Origin: Octopus sinensis
Lineage: Eukaryota
DNA length: 64,000 nucleotides
NCBI RefSeq assembly: GCF_006345805.1
Contig: NC_043012.1
Coordinates: 7,688,001-7,752,000, forward strand
Reading direction: 5' to 3'
In this document: one piece after another, positions 24,801 to 39,059 of the stretch
How the letters are laid out: each line of letters starts with the position of its first letter
Position numbering within the stretch: position 1 is the stretch's first letter
The notes under the pieces: model-generated
Told to the model about the DNA's origin: nothing
Databases searched by the model: none
Seen by the model: only the letters and a program-made list of their open reading frames with translations
Position numbers and translations under genes: made by a program

Positions 24801-25659
24801 CATGAGTTGAAACACCACCAACTTAAGAAATAAACCTTGTACCTACATGAAGTGCTGACAGTGATAACCTGAATTATAACTATCCCCTCATTTATGTATT
24901 TATAAAAATTTATGTATGTATGTATGTGTGCATGAATGTATGTATGTGAAGTGGGGATGTTAATTATTTTCAGAATTATGTTTAGGTCCCCATCTATCTT
25001 TACAGAATTATGTTTTAAGTATTTATCTATTTTTACTGAATATCCTTACCCTCTCCCTTCTTCCCCCTCTAGCTTCAAATGTGTCAAATGGTGTTTGGTT
25101 TTCATTTTGTTTCTTAATCAGGGTATTGTGACTTAATCTATGGCCTGGTTTTACTCTGTCTTACTGTTGGTTGCCTTTACTGCACTACCCTCTTTGGCAA
25201 GCATTCAAGGCCAAGTCTCCCATATGAGGAGAACTTCATCTCCTTCCCCAAGCAATCTATGAGGCTTTAAACTACAATATAAAAAAAAAAAAAGCAAAGG
25301 GTATGGGTATTGTCTGTTTGCCTCCTCTGTCAAAGTGATTAAAAAAGAATACATATTGTGAATGTTTGGGGAGTGATAAAACTTGTTGGTGCTGCTGCTG
25401 CTGTTGTTATCTATCTTTGAGATCTCTTTAGGTTACAGATCCTGATATAGAGTTTCATACTATTCTCTATGTGTGTGTGTACTCATCATCATCTGCTTTC
25501 CATGCTGGCATAGGTTGTGCACAAGCAAGAGAGAAAAAAAATTGTATGTTGAATGCAACATATATATTTCAATGTATATAAACTAGCAGTTTCATTCATT
25601 TTCTCTCTTGTATATTTTCTAAACCATGTGTGAACATTGAGAACAAACACAATTGTGTG

Positions 25660-25976
25660 TATGTGTCTGCCTGTCTACTTCCATGTCTGCCTGTCTATCT
25701 CCATGTCTGTCTATCTCCATGTCTATCTGTCTCTATGTCTGTCTCCATGTCTATCTGTCTCCCTGCCTGCCTGCCTCCACGTCTGTCTGTCTCCATGTCT
25801 GTTTGTCTCCATGTCTGTCTGTCTCCATGTCTGTCTGTCTCCATGTCTATCTGTCTCCATGTCTGCCTGTCTGTCTCCATATCTATATGTCTCCCTGCCT
25901 GCCTGCCTTCATGTCTATCTGTCTCCATGCCTGTCTGTCTCATGTCTGTCTGCCTCTCTCTCACTCTCTCTGTCTG

Positions 25977-26013
<37 letters not shown>

Positions 26014-26145
26014 GCCTCTCTCTGTCTATCTTTCTGTGTGTGTCTCTCTCTCTCTGCCTCTCTCTGTTTGCCTCTCTGACTGTCTCTCTCTCTGTCTCTC
26101 TCTCTCTCTCCCTGTCTGCCTATCTGTATCTATCTTTCTATCTAA

Positions 26146-26179
<34 letters not shown>

Positions 26180-26180
26180 T
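25660..26180. repeat. CTGTCTGTCTCCATGT-type tandem repeat grading into (CT)n and (GT)n
   Basis: Direct inspection. Confidence 0.9.
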
Positions 26181-26769
26181 TAAAAAAGCAACTGGTCTAC
26201 ATAAATTAGGCCCTTTCCAACTGGTTCTTGTGTATGTTTAGGTCAGTATTGATTTCATGGCTAAAACCTGTCTGTGCTTGTTCTCAAGTCACAGTTCTCT
26301 CCATTCTGAACCAGCAGCTCAGGAAGTCTCTACCAGTTGCTCTCATTCTTTCCCTATATAGCAACAACGACAAAAACAACAACAACATCTATTTTGTTGT
26401 TTTGCTTTCTTGTTTTCCTTTCCTTTCTCTCTTCATTCCCCCCCCCGCCACACTTTATTTTCCTTTTTCTTTCCTCTCATCTTCCTTTACTCTCTTCTTC
26501 TCCCCCATTCATCCACCAAAAACACCACCGCCACCATCACTTTCACTGCCATTGCATCACTTTTTATAGTCAATATGCCAGTATTCAGAGGTTGGGATCC
26601 TCATCAATGATGAGTTGTTCAATAAATGAAATGGGGGAGGGAGAGAGAGAGAGTGTGTGTGTGTGTGTGTGTGTGTACATGCGTGCATGGCCACCTATCT
26701 TAAATCCCTATGGTCACCAACTGACTGACAATTTTTGTAAATAGTATTGATGCATTCCCCTCATCTATA

Positions 26770-26820
26770 AGTGTACTTTGTGTGTGTGTATAAATATATA
26801 TATATATGTATATATCTATA

Positions 26821-26886
<66 letters not shown>

Positions 26887-27160
26887 TGTGTATGTATATA
26901 TATATATATATAATATACACACACGTGTGTATATATATATATATACACACACCACACGTGTGTGCATGTATATCTATTTATATACACACACGTGTGTGTG
27001 TTTGTGTGTGTGTAGATATATATATATATATATATAGATCTATACAGAGAGAGATACATACACATGCATATATAATATACATATATAGATCTCATCATGT
27101 CATTTTAACATCCAGTTTTCCATGCTTACATGGGTTGCAGTCTATATGCATAAAGCTTAT

Positions 27161-27191
<31 letters not shown>

Positions 27192-27330
27192 CATACACAC
27201 ACACACACACATATATACACACACATACACATATACAAACACACACACACATGTATACACGCACACACATATACACACACACACATATATATATATACAT
27301 ACACACACATATATACACACACACACATTT
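26770..27330. repeat. Compound (TA)/(CA)/(CT) microsatellite block
   Basis: Direct inspection. Confidence 0.95.
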
Positions 27331-29109
27331 GTCAATCTGTCAGTTGAGCCACATCTGCCATCAATAATACAGTTCCAGTGTGGTTGCCTGTGTGTATGTG
27401 TACATATATTTAGAATGTATGTGTGTGTCTGTCTATACATAAACACACCACACACACTCACACACACTCATAAATATAACCTTTGCTTTTCTATTCTTAC
27501 CTTATATATTACCTGTCCCTGCATGCCCCACTATATATATATACACTCTTGGACATATGGGAGTGCTCTATTCCATAATATCAATTACAACAGAACCTTT
27601 ATTATATCCATGAAAATAACGTTTATTGTTTTTATCCTCATTACCTCACTCACACATGGACACACACACGCATGCATATCATTACCTTTATTATCTTCGT
27701 TACCAAAGACCCTGTGTCAAGGGTAATGGAACAACAGGCACAAGGCCTTGATTAATTGTCTAGCAGTATTTATAGTTCTGTAAATCTTGTATTTTAAATA
27801 TCATCAAGGTTGAGCTTTGCCTTTCATCATCTCTATGGTGATGCAATAAAATAAGTAGCAGTAATATACTTGGGTGAATGTAACCCTGCTGGATTTCCAG
27901 ACATTGTGATGTGTTAGACCGTAGTTGAATGTCTGAGAAACAGGAATTAATCTAAGAACCAAACTTAGCTCATCATCATCTTCATTTTAATGTCCCCTTT
28001 GAGTTGAATAGAATTTGTTGAGATAGCGTTTCAGTAACCAGATATACTTCCTACTACAACCCTCATTACTTAACTAATCCTACCCTCCCAAGTCAGAAAT
28101 TTTACCAAGTTATCTTATTCTTATCTTTGTTTTGTCCAAAAGATATTTGGTTGCTTTCAGTCAACATTTCAGAAATCAACAACAGATCATTCTTTTTCTC
28201 TCACAAGAATTTCATTGTTACAATTTTGGCTTTTTTCATGGCCATAGTTGGCACAAAAACTTAACATTTCACACATTGACAGTGATTTTTCATAGATAAA
28301 CAAAATTGCTATTATGAATAATTTTGAAATTCTAGTTTTCATTCTTACACACACACATGCATGCATGCACTCACACATATGGATCAGATTCTGGTCTGTC
28401 AATGATAATATTTCCCAGGTGCAGGCATAGCTGTGTGATTAAGAATCTTGCTTCTCAACCATGTAGTTTCAAGTTCAGTCTACTGGGCAGCACCTTGGAC
28501 AAATGTCTTCTTCTATAGCCTCTGGCTGACCAAAGCCTTGTGAGTGAATCTGGTTGACAGAAACTGTTAGACGCATGTCTTGCAGTTTGTGTGTGCGTAT
28601 ATGTACTTGTACTCTTGTTTTGACATTATGTGGTGGTTTTAAGTGAGCATAACCATCATACTATCTATGTTATTCATTTCTAGTCTTCCCTCTAAAACGT
28701 CTGGTTAACTGGAAATATTACTTTGCTTGGAAACTGGTGGGAGTTGGTGACAGGAAGGGCATCTGCCCATAGAAAATCTACCTCAACACATTCCTTCTAC
28801 CCATGCCAGCACAGAAAAGTGGACATTAAAACAATGACTTGTACACCTGTTCTCCGTGATAAGGTTAGCTGGGGAGGTAATGTTGATTAATGCTTCAGTT
28901 ACCGTATTTCTGTTGAAATATGTTGCTTTTTGCCTCAGTTAATTTAGCAAATAATGAAGCATTTAGTAAAATAGCTTTGTCGTTATTAAGCTGGTGTTTG
29001 AAGCATAAATTAGCATGGAACTTTGATGGAAGATCTTTAATTTAGATCACTTTGAAACAGGAAGTTTTTGCCATTGAACCATAACATTGGCTGGTTATTA
29101 TCAAAAGGT

Positions 29110-29331
29110 TTAACCCTTTAGCATTCAGATTATTCTGTCAAATACAATGCTTATTCTCATTGTTTTGAATTAATCATGCATTATCTTGAGTCTGCACGAT
29201 TTCAGTGATGTGAATATTTACTTTTAGACTGACATTGTAGGATAGTTGTGAAAGCCTCATCTAGTCAGTATGACCACAAGACATATAGAATATTTGAGCT
29301 TGATGTGGCCGGTTTGAATGTTAAAGGATTT
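29110..29331 (+). mobile_element. piggyBac-type MITE copy
   Basis: TTAACCCTTTAGCATTCAGA start; collinear with the family. Confidence 0.7.
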
Positions 29332-29741
29332 GGCTTAGAAACAGACACAATTGAAATGCCAGCAGTGAATTTGAACACTGAGACTACGAGCAGCCAGTCC
29401 AGCATTTTAGTCACTGAGCCATCTTGTCACTACAATGGAGATCTTTTAAATGGGTGACCTTTCTCAGCTCTGGGTTTGTGTGCTTGAGTAAACAGTCTAG
29501 CAACAACACAGTGGTAGATAGATACAGTGGAGTGGGAACTAAGATCGATGTTTACTCTGCACTCATCATATGACATTGCTTGTTATCATGGTAATGTGTA
29601 CGCTGTGCCTACCTCTGCAGCTATTTCCACTTCCATGAAAATGTGTCCTCTGTTTACCTGTTGTGTACATTGAAGTAGTCTTGCATGTTTTATAAGAGAA
29701 AACCCTGTTATTTGTTTGGGTTACATAGATACACACGTGCG

Positions 29742-29779
<38 letters not shown>

Positions 29780-30009
29780 GTTTATTCAGTACACTGTAGA
29801 TGTATGTATGCTGATATATGCTGGCATATGTAACAAACAACACAACAAACACACATCACTCACTCAGTGTATGCACACACATCATGCATACACACTTATG
29901 CAACAACTTGTATACACACATGAATAATTTGCACAGACATAAGTAAAATAAACAATGATACAGATGACTTTTTCACAGATCATATCAGTTGCAGTCAGTG
30001 CATATATAT

Positions 30010-30017
30010 AAAGATAG

Positions 30018-30074
<57 letters not shown>

Positions 30075-30075
30075 T
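30010..30075. repeat. (GATA)n microsatellite
   Basis: Direct inspection. Confidence 0.95.
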
Positions 30076-30829
30076 AAGCCTCATACATACAATTATTTGC
30101 ATTGCGAATGTATATATGTTGGCATATAATAGCAAACATGAGAAACACATGCAAGTGTCTCATTCACATTATGTATGCACACACACACACACATCACACT
30201 GATACACATGTGCACACATACTTATTGAATAACCTGTGTGTATGTGTGTATTCATATATGTATAGACATTCAAAATATGCATAAGTATAAGTGACTTTCT
30301 CACACATGGTTATTTCAGACATTGTTTACAGATAATGCAGATAGCAATCATTGCATATACACAACCCTCACACACACACACACACACACACATACACACA
30401 CACACACACACATACACATACACACACACTCTGTAATACAATCAGCTATGCACCTAGCTGATAGTTATTTATTGTTATCTGGTTGTTGCTATTGACGTTG
30501 AAGACAACATGGCTTTGAACTGAGATTCACTGCAGTTAAGTAGAGAACTGAGTTCTGTTGAAGACTTTTAAATATTTCCCCGTTTGCTTTCATCTGCAAA
30601 AGTTTCTGTGCTTCAGCCACACCTGCTAGGTGTGTCATCTATGTTAAGTGGATGATCTCGGTGATATTCACCTTGGTTCCATTCTGGATGATTGTAGAAA
30701 AATACAAGTATATAATTTTTTTTTTAATATAAAAAAACCTGTTTCAAATGACTGACAGAAGCATCGTGGTATTGAACTACTGACCTAAATTTCTGAGGAA
30801 TTCTAGCTTCCAGTAGTGGATTGTCTACT

Positions 30830-31110
30830 GTGCGTACATTGATCTACTTAGTAAGCTGTACTGAAGAACTTTGAGATCAACTCCAAAACCTGGGAAACGT
30901 GAGGACAAGACTGCCCTACCTGGCAAAGCTGCACCAACAGAGATGCCACCTCCTATAAATAGAACAGGATTGCAGGGGCGCAAAAAAATCCCCTGAACTA
31001 TGCAAATCCAGAGCCAACTCCTTGCTTTCTGTCTCAATTGACAACTAGTGCCTAGCCTGCAACAAGAGCTTTCCCAGCATGCATCAGACTGATTGGCCAC
31101 AACTGCACGC
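30830..31110 (+). mobile_element. Decayed RTE (BovB-like) LINE C-terminal fragment
   Basis: Translates with stops as INSKTWET*GQDCPTWQSC..ATSYK*NRIAGAQK...RAFPACIRLIGHNCTH, resembling the RTE C-terminal WE..A.DR..W and C2H2-like end. Confidence 0.65.
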
Positions 31111-31748
31111 ACCATGCCCCATTTTCTTTCATGGGATATCCTTGATCATTTTCAATAACAGCAGGTGAACTAATAATAAGCTTATTAGTATTGCAGTAAA
31201 TTAAGTTAAAATACCCGCAAATCCAACAAAACTGGTGCTGGTCTGCATTGATAACAATTTCACAAAGAGATGGCTTGTGTTGATGGAGAATGTTCTCATG
31301 ACAGTAGTCAAACTTTGTCAGCTTTCATGTGGCTATGAACTCTTTTGGCTTTATATAAGTGAAGGTGTGTGTGTGGCTTAGTGATTAGGGTATTTGGTTT
31401 GCGATGGTAAGGTCATGAGTTCGATTCCTGGCAATGTGTTGTGTCATTGAGTCACACACTTTATTTCAGGTTGCTCCAGTTCACTCACCTGACAAAAATG
31501 AGTTGTACCTGTAACTCAAAGGGCCGACAACGTCACACTGTGTCATACTGAATCTTCCTGAGAACTATGTTAAAGATATGCATGTCTGAGGAGCACTCAG
31601 CCACTTACATGTTAGTTTCACAAGCAGACTGTTCCATTGATCGGATCATCTGGACCCCTTGTCATCATAACCAACAAAATGCCAGTCTCTATGCATTTAT
31701 CATTGTCATAGTTTCATAACTACACCCTCAATAATATTAATAATAATA

Positions 31749-32130
31749 CTCTTTTACTTGTTTCAGTCATTTGACTGCGGCCATGCTCGAGCACCGCCTT
31801 TAGTCGAATCAAATTGACCCCAGGACTTATTCTTTGTAAGCCTAGTACTTATTCTATCGATGTCTTCTGCCGAACCGCTAAGTTACGGGGACCTAAACAC
31901 ACCAGCATCGGTTGTCAAGCGATGTTGGTGGGGACAAACACAGATACACAACATATACACATACATATATATATATACGACGGGCTTCTTTCAGTTTCCG
32001 TCTACCAAATCCACTCACAAGGCTTTGGTCGGCCCGAAGCTATAGTAGAAGACACTTTCCCAAGGTGCCACACAATGGGACTGAACCCCGAACCATGTGG
32101 TTGGTAAGCAAGCTACTTACCACACAGCCT
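31749..32130 (-). mobile_element. tRNA-derived SINE, family A
   Basis: Reverse complement of the family. Older or partial copies also at ~2500-2790, 5410-5745, 17750-17955, 18812-18920, 28420-28570, 35320-35571, 46831-46998, 47690-47910 and 57790-58150. Confidence 0.9.
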
Positions 32131-32489
32131 GACAACAATGATGATAATGTAATTCAGAAACTTCAACACATGACTTGGCCCATTGAGTCATCCACCATTT
32201 ACTCTTTCTTTCTTGATGTCTTCTCTCTGTTTCTCTCCCTAGTCCTTTGTAACTCCTTGCAAGTTTGAAGTTCAGATTATATTTTTCACTCACCCTCTGA
32301 TGTTGCTCTCCCGCTTTCTTTTTCTTTTTACTTTACTTGGCACTTGTACTTATGGTGCTTCACCTTGCTGAATGGTATGATGGTATGTATCTGAAAGTCT
32401 TGGTCATCTGGGTGACCAAGTTGGCATTGTTTGACGATAGTGATGAGTATTTGCATTAGCTCCATAAAAAATGGGTGCCGCCAGCTCCT

Positions 32490-32622
32490 TAAAGAAGTGC
32501 CGTTCATTAGAAGTGGATGGGACTCATGGAAAAGGAAAATGTAAGAAGACATGGGACCAAATACTGAAGGACAACCTCATAATGCTGAACCTTTCAATTG
32601 AGATGACAAAGGACTGAGATGT
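32490..32622 (+). mobile_element. RTE LINE C-terminal fragment
   Basis: KKCRSLEVDGTHGKGKCKKTWDQILKDNL, similar to the C-terminus of the 18920 element. Confidence 0.6.
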
Positions 32623-33525
32623 ATATGTATGTATATATATGTTTGTATATATACATATGTGTATATACGTATGTGTGTGTGTATGTATGTATGCATATGC
32701 ATGTATGTATATGTATACATATATGTATGTATGTATATACTTACTAGTAAATGGATGCATGCTGTTCAATCAAATAATAATATAAATAAAACATATATAG
32801 GTCAGTATGTACATATATGTGTGTGTGTGTATATAAATATATATGTATATATATATATATATTCATATATGGGTACAGAATGTCACAAAACGTAAACAAC
32901 ATGAAATCCGAAAAACATGAAACACGACGACAAACTTTTTTTGTGAAGAACGAGTGAAACAAATGGTAAACAAGACAAGTAACATAAAGAACGACCCTTC
33001 ATCAGTTGTCGGCTGTTAATCTACTCCACATTTCAAGCAAATGTATGCATTTATATAGGTATATATATTTATGCATTTATATATGCATGCATGTATGTAT
33101 TCATATGTGTCTATATATATATATATATATATATCATCATCATCATCATCATCGTTTAACGTCCGTTTTCCATGCTAGCATAGGTTGGACGGTTCAACTG
33201 GGGTCTGTGAAGCCAGAAGACTGCACCAGGCCCAGTCTGATCTGGCAGTGTTTCTACGGCTGGATGCCATTCCTAACGCCAACCACTCTGTGAGTGTAGT
33301 GGGTGCTTTTTACGTGCCACCTGCACAGGTGCCAGACGAGGCTGGCAAACGGCCACGATCGGATGGTGCTTTTTATATATATGTGTGTGTGTGTGTGTGT
33401 CTCCATGCGTATATGTATATATATATGTATGCGTGTGTGTGTGTGTATATATATATATGTATATGTACATGTAGAGGTAGGTACGTACATATATGTTTAT
33501 ATATATGCATATGTTCTATTTTATT

Positions 33526-33572
<47 letters not shown>

Positions 33573-35571
33573 GCATGTATACACATTCACATGCACGCAC
33601 ACAAGTTGACACCTGGTGATAAGACAGTCTTCACACTGTTGTAGAGATTATATATATCACTTTGTGACTATATAATATGCAATAAATAATACCAGTTGAT
33701 ATGGCAGTCTTCATTCTATTGCTAGACTACTTATCTAAATTAGCCAACATTCTGTCTGTTGAAGCGAGAGAGAGAGAAAGAGTAATTTACATTAAGTTGC
33801 ATATATACATATGTGTGTATGCATAATTACAATCGAAAAATAATTACGTGTATATTTGTATGAGTGTTCCACACGCACATAATTTGTGTTTATTTATGTG
33901 TATATGTTTGTATCTGCACGCGTGTGTGTTACTTGTGTAGAGTACACACAAACACATGTGTATATAGACATACACACACACACACACACATTTTTGTACA
34001 TGTATAGTTTAAATAGCGATTATGCTATTCGTCTGTCATGCCAGAGATTTAAGGTTGCTGAGAAATTGATTTCTTTGCCTGAATACAATTATTCTGTTAT
34101 GTCTTGCTTTTCTGTTGCTACCATTATCGTTGTTGTCTGCTCTATCACTAAAATGTTCAAGACAAGTCCTGATTTACAGTTCCACCCACCCACACACACA
34201 TACAGACCAGCTAAAGAAATTAGTATTTACTAAATTGACATAATTGTGATTGCTTTCCAAATAACCTCATTTCTCTTATGTTCTCAGACCAGTTTACCTT
34301 TGACCGTACATCAATCACACTGACACAATTCCCTTATCCTTGTTGGGACCGTTCCAGTATTCCCTTTCCGTTCCCCATGTGCTGTAATCATTTCTCACAA
34401 CATGTACCATACATTAACAGTGTCTTTGGTCAGTATATTTAATGGAAAGGACACAGAAATCAATCAGGAGAATCTGAATGATGCTTAATGTCTGGCAAAA
34501 AAAAAAAAAAAAAATCTCACAACAGGCAGGGAAGAAAATTGTCTACAGGTGATGGGTACCTAAGGAGAAGTGAAACAGGAAACCCCTTAAGATAACACAC
34601 TGCTAAAAGCATTCCTGTTAATGACAACAACAGCAATTATAATTACCATTATTATTGGCGAGCTGGCAGAATCATTAGCACACCAGGCAAAATGCTTAGT
34701 GGCATTTCCTCTGTCTTTGCGTTCTGAGTTCAAATTCCGCCAAGGTCAACTTTGCCTTTCATCATTTCAGGGTCGATAAAGCAAGTATCAGTTAAACACT
34801 AGGGTCAATGCAATCAATTATCCCCCTACCCCAAATTTCAGGCCCCTTGCCAAATGCTAAGGGTTTTGATGAAAGCTTTATTTTGTTCAACTATTTTATT
34901 TATTCATATATTTTTTTTTATTGCTTAGTACAGAAGAACTTCAAAATGTTTTTTTTTTTTTTTCAAATAACAAGTTTCAAAAGAATTTAGGTTGTTTAGT
35001 TTTGGCAAAGGAATAAACATTAATGATCTGATAAATGCATTGGATCAGCAGGAGAAATGTTGAATGCCATATTAAATGGCTTATGGAATTTAATTGCATT
35101 TTGTAGTCCAAATTCCTCCAGGAGGGATGGAGTGAGTAAAATTAAGTCATACCAGCTATATTGTATTTCCCCATAGATTGTATGATTGAGGTCCTCAGAC
35201 ATATTTTGTTCTCATTTTAGAGATGGTTGAGAGATTCGAATACTGAGAAAGATTTAACTATTTTTTCTTTTTTTTTTTGTTTATGCTGAGTGCCTTGAAT
35301 TTTTAGTCAAATGAACCAGTCCCAGTACTTAACAGTTCAGCAAAAGACTAGACTAAGTATCAGGTTTGAAAAAGAAAACTAAGTTATAAGGATGTAAACA
35401 CACCAACACAATTCTCAAGCAATGGTGGGTGACAGACAGATGCACGCATATGCACGACCTGCTTCTATTTCTGTCTGCCAGATCCACTCACAGAACTTTG
35501 GTCAGCCCGAGGTTATAGTAGAAGACACTTGCCCAAGGTTCCACGCAGTGGGACTGAACTCAGGACCACAT

Positions 35572-36195
35572 CATCATCATCATTGTTCGACCGTGGTCGA
35601 GACAATGGAATTTACTATGTTACGCCAGACTTCACGGTCCATCATGGCATTACAGAGGTCCTGTTGTTGGATGCCTGCATCTCTGGAGATTGCATCAGGG
35701 TAGGAGAGTGTGCGTCCTCTGGTATTGCGAGTAGATGGCTTCCAGAGGAGAAGAGTAGAAGTTACCTCTTTTTTTCAGCTCTACAACAATGTCCAGCAAA
35801 CTGGACTCTCCTACCTTCACAAGAGATGACACAGGTGGTAGTTCCCATATATTTGCATTTGGTTGGATGGCACTTCCACGAGAGATTTGAGCTCTCATAA
35901 GGAGGCGAGTGTAGGTTCCATCCAACCGCCTCTCAAGCTTCTTTGATAACGTCCAGGTTTCTGAGCCATATAGTAGAATTGGTTCGGCTGTGGCTTTGAA
36001 TATTTCAAGTTTGAAGTCTCTACTTAGATTTGATGACCAGATCTTATGCATGTCATTACAGGCTGACCAGGCCATACCCTTTCTAGTTAGAAAGTCTTTT
36101 CCAGATGATGATATGTATGACCCAAGATATTTATAATCAGAAACCATATTTAAAGGCACACTGTTGAGAGTGTGGATGATGCAATCACTGTTGGA
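35572..36195 (-). mobile_element. 3' end of an RTE/RTE-X-type LINE with target-site duplication
   Basis: DYKYLGSYI, ILLYGSETWTLS, RRLDGTYTRLL, frameshifted C-terminus ending VSTTVEQ-stop, (TGA)n tail. 11-bp TSD CAGGACCACAT at 35561-35571 and 36196-36206. Confidence 0.9.
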
Positions 36196-38229
36196 CAGGA
36201 CCACATGATTGAGAAGCAAACTTCCTACACACAACCACACCAAAAATTCGAACATTTTCACATGGAATTTTTGGCCCTCCAAAGTTACCTTGGTGTTTAA
36301 GCTGACCTACCTTTTTTTCCTTTTTCTTTTTTTCTTTTTAGTTGTAAATTTTGGTCTAGAAACTTCAGTTTGTATGCCAGATAATTGGTATATCCTTTGA
36401 CAAAGGGGCCTCTTTTCTCACTCTTGCTTCCACCTTGCACACCGTGAAAAAAAGGGTTTCACAGTTACATTTTTAAGTCAGACACACAGACAAATAGACT
36501 GCTAATAGTGAATGGTTTGTCAATTTGTGGGCAATCTAAAACGGTGAGTTGTTTGATAGATATCCCATCTGATTAGCTGATATTCCTGTGAAGTTTTACA
36601 ATGATGCATGGCAAATTAAAAATAGCAAAGCCAAAACGGGGCTCTGTAAGACGCAGCCCATTATATTATACTTAGAGTCATTCTTAGAGCTTGAAAACTC
36701 TGCTGCAGTGCCAAAATCACTGAAGCAATGGTTCTTAATCTGTATTTAGATTGGCTATGACTGTAAATTACTGCCCCACCTGTATCCCTCTCTCTCCCAT
36801 CTCCTCTCTCTCTCTCTTTTGCTGTGTGTGTGTATATGCATGCATGCATATGTATATGTGTGTGTTGCCTTTTTAAGATATATGCAGTCTGTTTTAATAA
36901 TAGATGCAAACAGCAGGTGTCGAGGGTTGATTTGGAGAAACAATAGGTAGAAGAAAAAAAGCAACTACTAAAATAGCTGAATGTTGTCACTCTGGGGAGT
37001 TTTTGGCATTCTTTGATGGAGATTGTTGATTTTTACTAACTGCTTTCAGAACACTACACTGCCAGTGCCATCTCGCACCGCCACCACCACCACCATCAAA
37101 ATAACCACTCCGCCATCCCTCTTTCCCATCAGTGAGAATGCTTGTTGAGGAAGCTGGCCAAATGTTAAAAAGAATTTTGGTATGTTAAACATTTTACACT
37201 GATTGCTGTGGCTAAAAGGATTCCTGGAAGGATTTCTTTTCTAATCAATATAGCTACACGCACACACACACACATTTATCTATCATATATATATATATAT
37301 AAACACACACACACACACACAGTGTATGTATGTATGTATATATATATATGTATGTATGTATATTTTGTATATATATTTATATATACACACATGCACACAC
37401 ACATTTAATATACGTGTGTGTGTGTGTGTATCTGTATGTGTTTGTGTGTGAGTATGGAAATTTCTCTTGATCATTCCATGGTCCTTAAGTGTCCCTCTAC
37501 TTTTCTACTCTAGGCACAAGGTCTGAAATTTGGGAGGAGGAGGACAGTCAATTAAATCGACCCCAGTACACAGCTGGTACTTAATTTATTGATCCCAAAA
37601 GAATGAAAGGCAAAGTTGACCTTGGCAGAATTTGAACTCAGAATGTAAAGACAGATGAAATACCTATTTCTTTACTACCCACAAGGGGCCAAACACAGAT
37701 GGACAAACATGGACAAACGGATTAAGTCGATTATATCGACCCCAGTGCGTAACTGGTACTTAATTTATCAACCCTGAAAGGATGAAAGGCAAAGTCGACC
37801 TCGGCGGAATTTGAACTCAGAACGCAGCGGCAGATGAAATACCACAAAGCATTTTGCACAGTGTGCTAATGTTTCTGCCAGCTCATTACCTTTTACCGTG
37901 GCAGGAATGGCCAGCAGCAGAAATAGCAGCAACAACAGTTCCATGGAATTTAGAGTCCTATATAACCAGAGCCCTATATAAAATCTTCATCACATTTGCT
38001 ACCCAACTGCTTGATCATATCTCTCCTTGCCTATATCTGAAGATAAATAAATAAATAAATGAAGGAAGGAAGGTGATTCATTGAGCACTTTAGTATTAGA
38101 ATAAAAAAAGATGGGATGGTCGTTGTTGGGTTGGGGCTAAGCAACAACAACCAACCACAGTCCAATTATATTGGACTTACATTCCATGTTAATTCTCTGA
38201 GTGAAATACTATTTTCCCCTGCCACTTTA

Positions 38230-38560
38230 CCACCTCTTTCTCTCTCCCCTTCTGTCTTCTCTCTCTCTCCTTCTCTCTCTCTCCCTCTCTTTCCCTCTCT
38301 CTCCTCTCTCTCTCTTCTCTCCCCCTCTCTGTCTTCTCTCTCTCTCTCTTCCTCTGTCTTCTCTCTCTCTTCCTCTGTTTTTTCTCTCTCTCTTTCTCTG
38401 TCTTCTCTCTCTCTCTTTCTCTGTCTTCTCTCTCTCTCTTTCTCTGTCTTCTCTCTCTGTCTTCTCTCTCTCTCTCTCTTCCTCTATCTTCTCTCTCCTT
38501 CTGTCCTCTCTCCCTCCTTCCTGTCTTCTCTCTCCTCTCTTTCCCTTCCCCATTTCCCAC
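38230..38560. repeat. CT-rich polypyrimidine tandem repeat
   Basis: Recurrent CTGTCTTCTCTCTCT units; a similar tract lies at 48655-48930. Confidence 0.9.
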
Positions 38561-38875
38561 TCCTCTAGTCCTCTCTCTCTAAAAGAATGTGTGGAGGTGG
38601 ATCAAGATGATGCAAGAATTTGATAGAATGCCTGGGTGCTAAGGTGGAAGCCTGAAACCAGTTGGCACTCACTTTGGCTCTGTGTGGGAAATAAATGTTG
38701 GATTGCACAATCGTATGTAACAGCTAAAAATTGGTTTTCTGGTCCTCACTTACAATATTTATTACATTGATTGAAACACACTTTGTTTGTACCGCTCTTT
38801 CCCACCTCTGTTGAGACCTTAACCATTTAAAACGATATACAGTTTCCAAGGTAGGCAAATTTAGTAACCCAGTCT

Positions 38876-39059
38876 TTAACCCTTTAGTATTCGGATTTCT
38901 CTGCCAGATGTGATGCTTATGTATTCACATTGATAAAAATTAGCCATACATTATCTTGTAGCTTTGATATTTCAATGATGTGATTGTTTATTTTGAGAGT
39001 AATGTTGTAGGATAAGTGTGAAAGGCCAGATACAGCCAGTTTAAATGCTGAATTGTTAA
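38876..39059 (+). mobile_element. piggyBac-type MITE copy with internal deletion
   Basis: TTAACCCTTTAG...TTAAATGCTGAATTGTTAA; lacks ~40 bp between two similar GGCC.GAT..GCC motifs. Confidence 0.6.

Noticed and set aside
29450-29680. Three forkhead-like GTAAACA/TGTTTAC sites in unique sequence
   Set aside because: Short motifs are expected by chance in AT-rich DNA; no independent support for an enhancer.
30480-30720. Non-repetitive stretch with a 49-codon minus-strand ORF and an acceptor-like site
   Set aside because: No recognisable product and no consistent exon frame; cannot be supported.
30851-30905. CTGAAGA...GAAACGTG
   Set aside because: Position 17 is G, stems do not pair, and it lies inside a decayed LINE coding fragment.
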